A stretch of 64,000 nucleotides of DNA, taken from positions 7,026 to 71,025 of the forward strand of contig NW_021834784.1 in NCBI RefSeq assembly GCF_006345805.1, in the 5' to 3' direction. Position 1 is the stretch's first letter, and each line of letters starts with the position of its first letter. The notes under the pieces are model-generated. The model saw only the letters and a list, made by a program, of their open reading frames with translations. It was not told the origin of the DNA and did no database searches. Below are positions 54,855 to 64,000 of the stretch, piece by piece. The position numbers and the translations under genes are program-made. The stretch is from Octopus sinensis (taxonomy: Eukaryota).

Positions 54855-55035
54855 AGTTAATCCAACCAGAAAACACAGAAAAAAAAGAGAAAAAAAACAG
54901 CAACGCAGGACGTGGAACAATTAAGTATTATTGACGCTCAGGAAAGAAAGGAAGGAGGGTTTAACGTTTCGAGCGGAGCTCTTCGTCGGAAACAAGGAGA
55001 AGGGAAGATCCCAAGGAGGGAAGACAGAGGAGACA
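54855..55035 (-). mobile_element. pLTR-like element with hammerhead motif (54959-54993)
   Basis: Minus strand: GTTT CCGACGA A GAGC tcc GCTC GAAA CGT T AAAC. Confidence 0.7.
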
Positions 55036-55074
55036 ATATTTGAGCTGGTGGTGCTTAAGATATATATATATAGG

Positions 55075-55390
55075 CACAGGAGTGGCTGTGTGGTAAGTAG
55101 CTTACCAGCCACATGGTTCCGAGATCACTTCCACTGCGTGAAACCTTCGGCAAGTGTCTTCTACTATAGCCTCGGGACGACCAAAGCCTTGCGAGTGGAT
55201 TTAGCGTTTGTGCCCCACTCCACCATCACTTGACAACCGATGATGGTGTGTTTACGTTTCGTAACTAAACGTTTCGGCAAAATGGATTAGGCTTACAAAG
55301 AATAAGTCCTGGGGTCAATTTGTTCGACTAAATGCTGTGCTCCAGCATGGCTACAGTCAAATGACTGAATCAAAGAAAAGAATAAAAGAA
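55075..55390 (+). mobile_element. SINE family B
   Basis: GGAGTGGCTGTGTGGTAAG head, CGGCAAGTGTCTT CORE-like motif, CTCCAGCATGG..CAAATGACTGAA tail. Confidence 0.85.
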
Positions 55391-55448
55391 TACAATAACA
55401 TTTATATACGAACGCCACACACATATACATATATATATATATATATAT

Positions 55449-55479
<31 letters not shown>

Positions 55480-56031
55480 CATAGATGTGTGTATAGATAG
55501 ATAGTGTGTGATTATATATACGTAAATATATAGATATATATACAGTACATATATAATATACGTGTGTGTATGTTTGTGTGTGTGTGTGTGTGTGTGTGTT
55601 GCCTGTCTCTGCTTCTCTGTACGTATGTATGTATGTATGTATGTGTGTATGTATGCATGTATGTATGCATGTATGTATGTATGCATGTATGTATGTATGT
55701 ATGTATGTATGTATGTATATAGTTACATATTTTTGCGCATGCGCGTCTGTGTTTCTGAAGAGAACACTCTAGAGGCAAATCAATACGCGGTTCGATTTTA
55801 TTGATATTGATGTTGTTGTCGTCGTTGTTGCTGTTGTTCATTTTATGAGTTTTGACGTTTCCTTATCATTATTGATATATTATTGACGACTACGACGACG
55901 ACGATGATGACGACGACGATGACGACAACGATGATGTTGATGATGATGATGATGATGATGTTTTTGTGTTTATTTGCTTTAATCTTGAAACGTAAGGTAA
56001 GTGAAGGAGAGAAAGCAGAAAGAAAATAATG

Positions 56032-56081
<50 letters not shown>

Positions 56082-56176
56082 TGTAATAATAATAATAATA
56101 ATAATTGTAATAATAATAATAATAATAATAGTGATATAATTAATAATAATAATAATAACAACAATAGTAGTAGTAA

Positions 56177-56238
<62 letters not shown>

Positions 56239-57394
56239 ATAAAAGGAACAAGGAGGCAAGAATTTGATCGAGAAGATGGTAAATGAATGGGTTGAAATGC
56301 AATAATAGAATATAAACATCTCAAAAGATTGTAAATTGCCAAAAAGGGGAAAAAAAAAGATTAAAGGTAAAATTAGCAACAAGAAAAATAAAGAGAAGAC
56401 GACGGTGGAGACGGAGAGGTGGAGGATAAAAACAAAAAAAAATAAAGTGGGGTGGGTGGGTAACAAAAGGAAAAGAAGACAAATTTTTCTCCGCTTGACA
56501 GCGGCTAGGAATATCTGTTTTCTGTCATGCGCTGCTGGGCAAACATAGACACTAATCTAGCTATTAATTTGATCTGCTTCTCAGTCAATGGTAGCTTAGA
56601 TATGACACTTAAGACACGTTAGAAGAGAAAAGTAACAAACAAGGAAAACGAGCACTTGTCTGACAGTGGCAAAATCATAATAAACAAACAAAACAAATAG
56701 ATAAATAAATAAATAAATATATAAATAAATGAAGTTTTTTTTTTTTTTAAATAAAAAAAAAAAATAAGAAAGAAATGAGAACAAAAAAACAACAAACAAC
56801 CAAATAATACAGGTCAGTGAAAGTTTTGGTGGGGAAAAACGAAGTAGATTTTTTAAAAGGAATCACTGAAATAAATAGAGCAAAGACAAAGCAGAGGAAA
56901 TATCTCACCCACAGACATTCACACATACACATACACACACACGCACACACACGCACACACACACAGATAGATATATATACATGCACAAAAAGCACACGGA
57001 TTCACACAAACACAGACAGGTACATATACACACACACACACAATTAAATTGTCAATTTACGGAGTTTCAAGAATTTACTTTTTTTTATTTTTTTTTTATT
57101 TTTTTTTACAAAACTAAAATTGGCTTTCAAGAATTCAAATTCAAATTGAAGGAATTTCCGACAGGTGGCTTGACTCGGCAATGCATTCTGGTTCCGTCTA
57201 CAAGTCCAATTGCATCAAGCTAGGTGTACCTTTACCGTGCGAGACAGAATGACATAAGATACTTCGCTATAATTCTCTTTCAACAACAATGAGACCCTAA
57301 ACGTTTTACCTGACGTTCTCACCTGCATTATTTACATAAAATCTATTGCTTATGTTAAAATGAATATAAGTGCCTATGTATGTATATATATATA

Positions 57395-57555
57395 TTCTTT
57401 TATTTGTTTCAGTCATTTGACTGCGGCCATGCTGGAGCACCGGCTTTAGTCAAACAAATCGAACCTAGGACTTATTTCTTTGTAAGTTTCGAGGACGTAA
57501 ACATCCCAAATCGGTTTTCAAGCAATGGTGGAGGGACAAACGCAGAAATACAAAC
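57395..57555 (-). mobile_element. SINE family B 3' half
   Basis: TTGTTTCAGTCATTTGACTGCGGCCATGCTGGAGCACC. Confidence 0.8.
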
Positions 57556-57727
57556 ATATATATGTGTATATATGTATATATATATATATATATATAAAAA
57601 CAAACATTAACACACACACACGCATACACACATACAAATACACATATATGAATATGTATGTATTATGTATGTATGCATGTATGCATGTGTGCGAGTGTGT
57701 GTGTATATATATGTGAATATATGTATG

Positions 57728-57761
<34 letters not shown>

Positions 57762-57809
57762 TGTTTGTATGTATGTGTGTGTATGCGTGTGTGTGTATAC
57801 GCAAGTATG

Positions 57810-58855
57810 TATACTGGCCATATGCCAGGTCGCTTTTGAGGTTTCTGATGAATGCTACTGGTAACATGGAATCCAGTACAACCTGTTGCATATTCGGGGT
57901 CTCCGTGACCAAAGCGTTACCTGAACTAGGCTTGCCTGGTGAGTAGAGTTGCCTGGTGAAATCCCCTGCAGGACTATAAACAAGACCTGCCAAAAGGACT
58001 GATGAACCTAGTGTATGTTCAACGGCCATCTTGCAATAACATGGGCCCTCAAAAATTCCGCGTTGTTGTCCGATGTGCTGAAAGATCATTGGGAGCGAGG
58101 CAACCCTTAGCTTTTGTCAAAACATATCTCAAGGAGAAGGTTACTCTGACAAAAAAACCAGATATGCAGGGAATGACATTAAACAATCTTTGAATCTCTT
58201 GCTTGCGCTAGAGATCTTGGCGCTTCCACATTCCTGGACTTGCAACCCATATTCGCACTTGACACCTTGGCATGGCTTATCTCTGGACCCGTGACTTGAC
58301 TTTTTATACGATGTCACTTTGTTCAGCGTCACTTTGTCCAACGTCACTTTGTCACAGTGTCTTTTGGTCCGATAATGTTTTTTGTCCAACGACGTTTTGT
58401 CCAAGTTTAAATAAACCCTTTAGAAAACAAGGTGAACATCAAAATCAAATAATCATGGAGGATTTTATTGATAGGATTTGTAGTTGGACAAAAAAATCAT
58501 CGGACAAAAAGACGTCGGACGAAAAGACGTGGACGGAAAGATGTATGACGAAGTGACGTCGGGCGGAAAGACATAACACCCTCTGGACCATGTCCGTAGG
58601 ATGGAGAAGGTCTGTGACATGCAGTGCAAGCCTTATTGGACCTAAAATTTCAGGTTGTACAATCGCCAGCGAGACGACTATTCTGGGTGCGTGCGTCGAG
58701 TAGGAAGGCGCCGCGACGAGCATGGATACCGAGGACGCGAAATGAGGCGAAGCTGACTGGTGGTGTAATAACGTGGTGTACGGGCATAGCTGGCATTTTG
58801 CATGATCAATGGTTAGTGAAGGTCTTCGTCGTTCACAAGTGGACAACCATCATAG

Positions 58856-58860
<5 letters not shown>
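57810..58860 (+). pseudogene. Degenerate RTE-like LINE RT C-terminal relic, split by a MITE
   Basis: RCAERSLG (cf. RCLRRILG), LDHVRRME once the MITE is removed (cf. WLGHVRRM), and PARRLFW..RKAPRRAW. Multiple stops and frameshifts. Confidence 0.4.
58290..58580. mobile_element. Foldback-type MITE with ~15-bp subrepeat TIRs and 9-bp TSD (Mutator/Phantom-like, inferred)
   Basis: TSD CTCTGGACC at 58281-58289 and 58581-58589. Left arm has (ACGTCACTTTGTCCA)-like units; right arm has the complementary (TCGGACRAAAAGACG) units. Confidence 0.75.
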
Positions 58861-58895
<35 letters not shown>

Positions 58896-59037
58896 CTGAC
58901 AGATAGGCAGATAGATAGATAGATTTATTTATTTATTCATTTATTTATTATAATTATTGTTCTTGTTGTTGTCATTATTATCATTATTATTATTATCATC
59001 ATCATCATCATCATCATTATTATTATTAGTATTATTA

Positions 59038-59079
<42 letters not shown>

Positions 59080-59135
59080 CATCATCATCATCATCATCAT
59101 CAGCATCATCATCATCATTATTATTATTATTATTA

Positions 59136-59212
<77 letters not shown>

Positions 59213-59217
59213 TATTG

Positions 59218-59248
<31 letters not shown>

Positions 59249-59769
59249 TATTATTGTTTGACTTTGAACTCAAGAGACAACAAGTTAGAAGTCCATGTTG
59301 GTGTTATGCCTAGGGTGCCATAAATTTGGTTTTGCACATTCTAGAGAATGTTTAAGAAAACATAAGAAAATAATAAGTTTAAAATTTGAGATTACACAAA
59401 CAGTATTTTACGTAGGATATGGGCAGTTCCCATGATCACTATCTTTTGAATTTCTATCTTTTGGGATTTCCTGGTATCGAAATAATTAAATAATGAATTA
59501 ACTTTTAAATATTTATATGAATACTGGGAACTTTATACAATAGTATATACGTGAATAATATTTCATTCCTTTAACACTTATTTGTAGTTATAAAGATTCT
59601 GGCATGAAAAATTCAACGTAAATTTGAGTAGTGTGTGGAAGTGACAAAGAAGCTGACATCAGTTTAAAGATGATGGCTTGTGAGAATGAAACCGTTTAGA
59701 TCTATGACATTTGCAGCAAAGATAGGGTTAAGAATGAACAGTGAACTTCACAGTTATTCAAATACAGTG

Positions 59770-59985
59770 GTTCAAAATTTTTGCACAAAGCCAGCAATTT
59801 TGGGGAAAGGTGTAAGTCGATTACATCCACCCCTGTCCTCAACTCGTACTTATTTTGTTGACCCCGGAAGGATGAAAAGCCAAGTTGCCCTCGGCGGAAT
59901 TTCGACTCAGAACGAAAAAAACGGGTGAAAATGCTGCTAAGCATTTTGCGTGGCGTGCAAGCGGTTCTTCCCGCTCGCCATCTTC
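59770..59985 (-). mobile_element. SINE family A, diverged
   Basis: GACCCCGGAAGGATGAAAAGCCAAGTTGCCCTCGGCGGAATTTCGACTCAG. Confidence 0.8.
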
Positions 59986-60044
59986 AAAGTTATTCAAATT
60001 TTAAAAAAATATTAAATTAAAAAAAATAAGAAACAAATAAAAAA

Positions 60045-60195
60045 AATAAGAAAAAAGTGGAAATTTTACCGGTGAGTGTGTTATATTATAAAGCACAAAA
60101 AGAAAATGACTCTCCCCAGACATAACAGAATATGCTTCAACATACGAACTCATGTAAAGAATCTTGCAAACCAAATCCAAAAACGGAACCTAAAA
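60045..60195 (+). repeat. Unclassified dispersed repeat E
   Basis: Matches 38945-39110. Confidence 0.75.
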
Positions 60196-60699
60196 CAGAA
60201 TTTTATCATTACTATCATTTTAGATTGGCCCCAAATGTCATCACGAACTTCGGTTACATATTTAGATAGACTTACGTCACGATCATTATTTAGTAGGAAG
60301 CCATATTGTCTCAAAAGATAAAGCTAAATATATTCTGCTGGCTGAAAATATCACTAATATTGAAATTGAATGGTAATAAGAGAGCTTGAAAAATGTGTTT
60401 CTATCCAACATCTAACGGAGTGTTGTGAGTGCGCGCATATTCGCACATGTTCACCAGCATTTAATAATAGCGGTCCCTGAGGAAATCGCTTCATTGTGTA
60501 ATATTACCCACTTTTATCGTATACATTAACAATCTGATCGGAGTGATTTCTTTCTGCGAAAGTAAAAGATTCGTTATTTATGCACAGAAACACAGACACT
60601 CATAGGACGAAAGAAAAGAGAGAGAGATAAGCCCACAATCGCACATGTATACACACACAAACATATGCATACGCACACACACACACATATATAGATATA

Positions 60700-60731
<32 letters not shown>

Positions 60732-60739
60732 ATATATAT

Positions 60740-60935
60740 CTAATCCAAACAAGAAAGCACCAAAAAACACAACAACGCGAGGATGTGGAACAAATATAGT
60801 ATTATTGGACGCTCAGGAAAGAAGGAAAGAAGGAGGGTTTAACGTTTCGAGCGGAGCCTATCGTCGGAAACATAGAAGGAAAGATCCAGAGAAGGGAAGA
60901 CAGAGGAAAAAAAATCGCCAACGGTACACACGAGA
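60740..60935 (-). mobile_element. pLTR-like element with hammerhead motif (60837-60871)
   Basis: Minus strand: GTTT CCGACGA T AGGC tcc GCTC GAAA CGT T AAAC. Flanked by (TA)n. Confidence 0.7.
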
Positions 60936-61504
60936 TACACAAGTATATATATATATATATATATATATATACAAGTAAATATTTATGTATTTATGTATTT
61001 TGTGCACAGGCACACACACACACACACACATACACACACACACATATCACTGTCATTACTGATATTTTGTAGAACTTGTATATCATTGGGACCACTACAG
61101 TACTGCATTCATTGGGATTGAAGGTTCGAATCTAGCTCTGTGCAATTGTTTCCGTCTCCGGTATGAACATGGTGGTGTTAATACACCGTGTTAAGATTTA
61201 TTAAACCTAGAGCACCGGCGTATTATAGATGGGTAGATTATGACTCCAATTTCGTATCAAAATTGAGATTATTTACTTGTTGATATAAAAGATATAAATT
61301 AGAGATAGCAGTTTTCATTGTAGAATACACAAGAGTGCGACGAACAATTCTTTTCTAAAACTGCGCTCTCAGTTTTACCAATGTGGAATTTACACCATTT
61401 AATTAGACATTAGGCTTAATGTGCCACTTGGTGGGACTGAACCGGAAACCATGTGACTGTAAAGGCGAGCTTGTCAACCACAGAGCAATGCCTGCGCCTG
61501 TCAC

Positions 61505-61828
61505 TTATTTTATTTATGCGCCCTTTTCAAGCCTAGCCAGGCTCGTGGGCCCAGTTTCCCAGTTTCTGTGGCGTATGTGTTCCCCCACAGCTGGACGGGA
61601 CGCCAGTCCAATGCAACGTTACCCAGGAAACAGGAAAAAAGAGTGAGAGGGAAAGTTGGCGCGAAAGAGTACAAGAGGGGTCGCCGCCACCCCCCTGTCG
61701 GAGCCTCGTGGAGCTTTTAGTTTTTTTCCGCTCGATAAACACATACAACGCCGGGTATGGGAATCGAAACCGCGATCCTCCGACCGCGAGTCCACTGCCT
61801 TAACCACTGGGTCATTGCGCCTCCACGC
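61505..61828 (-). mobile_element. SINE family D, full length
   Basis: Minus-strand head GGCGCAATGACCCAGTGGTTAAGGCAG..GGTTTCGATTCCC and a V-like domain. A family B head precedes it at ~61405-61500. Confidence 0.8.
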
Positions 61829-62756
61829 CTGTCTCTGAACCATAGGAAATTTATGTCAAAACGGTTGCTGCAGTTCTCGTAGTTATTGTTGTGGTTGTTG
61901 TTGTTATTTAATCCCAGCTCAGCAACCAGCTTTGATCGAACGTTCATACATATGAATAAAAGCAATCCACTAGTGACCATCCCGTAATTTCTCTTCAAGC
62001 ATGGTGTAAGCAGGAAAAAATATATTACTATCAAAAATGTCTTTTATTTCTTTCCAGTATGATAAGCGGCGATCAGAGAAAAATTTAACTGTTATTTCTA
62101 GCAAAAACAAGCACCTATGCAGTGACTTCTTTACTGTCTCCTTTAAAATTGTTGTATGAACTGATGTTGAAGAAAATTCTTCGAATTTCGTACAGCGTGT
62201 GTTTACCAGGTTACCATATTGCTCGGTGCCTCTTTGTATTAATGTCTATTAAATCTCCCAAGAGCATCGAGAACTACTTCAACGACCAAAATCTTGAGAT
62301 TTCTATTCCCAAATCCTTACAGTGGTTAATCTGTAAAATTCCATCTTAAAGACAATACGGCACTAAAGATTCTTAACAAAATCTACATTTTCAAGCTAAC
62401 AAGAAGCTCAATATGGACACTTGGCCTGTTAGAAATAGCAACGAAACCATCATCAAATCTATCTCCACTACTCTAAGTAATGATGAACACGTTGAATAAT
62501 ATTTTTCAACGTTGTTCTATATAAACAGGGTGGATGGTCATAGCTGGAATTCCTTTTATCACATGTTTCTCAAAGCTTATCTAGGAATGAATAGCATTAA
62601 CATCATACGTTCTATGGAACACTATTCTTACTACAGAACACCAGATCTCCTACACGACACTACTGCACGTTCTATACGTCACTATGTTTTGTATACTAGA
62701 TCTTCTATACAATATCATAGCCCTTTGTAATATACCAGAGATGTTTGTGGTATATA

Positions 62757-63322
62757 TTGGGTTGTCCGGAAAGTTCGTGCCGATTTACAGTAGCTTACCT
62801 ATACACTTATTTTAGAACATGGTTGAGTCCGTAAAATAGGATTTGACTACACCTCCATTTAGAGCACAATTTAAGCTATCTTTTCGTAGAAGAAGGTTTA
62901 TGTTCCTATGACCTCTGTTAATTCTGTGACCCTTTAAAATGGAAGATAAGAAAGTTCATTTTCGGCACTTGATGCTTTGGGAACCAAACAAAAATTGCTT
63001 CAGCTCGGCTGGGATGTTACCCCATCCTCCACATTCACCAGATATTGCTCCTTCAGATTTCCACTTATTCAGGTCTCTGCAGAAAATAGTCTTCATGGTA
63101 AAAATTTCAATTCCTTGGACGACGTAAAAAGATACCTTGATGAATTCTTCGCCATGAAACCACCTCAATTCTGGGAAGAGGGTATTTTCAAGTTAAAGGA
63201 AAGATGGAGACGCATTGTGCAACAAAATGGTTCATATTTGGTTGATTAAAAATTTAATGGCAAGTATTTATTGACCTTTTTCTTTCCTTTAAAAATCGGC
63301 ACGAACTTTCCGGGCAACACAA
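62757..63322 (+). mobile_element. Internally deleted mariner transposon
   Basis: TA|TTGGGTTGTCCGGAAAGTTCGTGCCGATTT .. AAATCGGCACGAACTTTCCGGGCAACACAA|TA. N-terminal MEDKKVHFRHLMLWE is fused to C-terminal HPPHSPDIAPSDFHLFRSLQ..RWRRIVQQNGSYLVD* with frameshifts. Confidence 0.92.
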
Positions 63323-63404
63323 TATATACTGCACCAGATCTACACGACACTATACCTTATACTCGACTCTATGCTATATAATATATCCCACATCCTATAA
63401 AAGC

Positions 63405-63553
63405 AACCTTTTCAAGCCTAGCCAGGCTCATTGGCCCGTTTTCTGTTGGCGTATGTGTTCCCCCACAGCTGGACGGGATGCCAGTCCATTGCTGCGTTAC
63501 CCAAGAAGCAGGAAGAAAGACTGAGAGAGAAAGTTGGGGCGAAAGAGTATAAC
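63405..63553 (-). mobile_element. SINE family D 3' half
   Basis: Matches 61520-61665. Confidence 0.8.
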
Positions 63554-63643
63554 ATATGTATATGCACACACACACACACACACATATATATATACATACA
63601 TTATATTATATATAATATATATAATATATATATAATATGTATG

Positions 63644-63675
<32 letters not shown>

Positions 63676-64000
63676 CATATACATATGTTATACTATGTTA
63701 TATATGCATATACATATGTTATATATATATATATATATATATGGTAGAAATATGTTGCGAAAAGAAAATATAAAATACACGTGGAAATGTATGGGTAAAA
63801 TATAAAAAAATCAACGAAAATGCACATTGCAAATAAAAAAAAAGGGTATTTATGACAGGTAACGACAAATATATACATTTAGATTGACTGAGGTAGTAAT
63901 ACGAGTCATAAAAGTCATTATTATGAGATGATTATAAGATGATAATAAAGTAAGAGAACAAACGGACATGGTTTACGCAAAGCTATTCATCGTTTGAACA

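Overview
AT-rich, microsatellite-saturated eukaryotic DNA, probably from an octopus or related coleoid cephalopod. That is inferred from the tRNA-derived SINE families and the (TA)n/(GATA)n/(TACA)n load, not from a database search. Most supplied ORFs are microsatellite translations. One credible host coding segment is present: a ~1.1 kb minus-strand Q/H/N/T/D-rich exon (13342-14422) ending in an acidic DDEDEEIEVDVVDD motif. The rest is transposon-derived: at least four tRNA-SINE families, non-autonomous Helitrons, three mariner derivatives, a foldback MITE with a 9-bp TSD inside an RTE-like LINE relic, and a Penelope-like GIY-YIG fragment. The most interesting signal is about ten type I hammerhead-ribozyme-like motifs with palindromic stem III. 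One sits at the 3' end of the Penelope fragment, and most others lie in short elements embedded in (TA)n tracts. Their cores show all of C3-G8, U3-A8 and A3-U8 at the tertiary 3-8 base pair, plus A6U and U4C variants. All structures were folded by eye and activity is untested.
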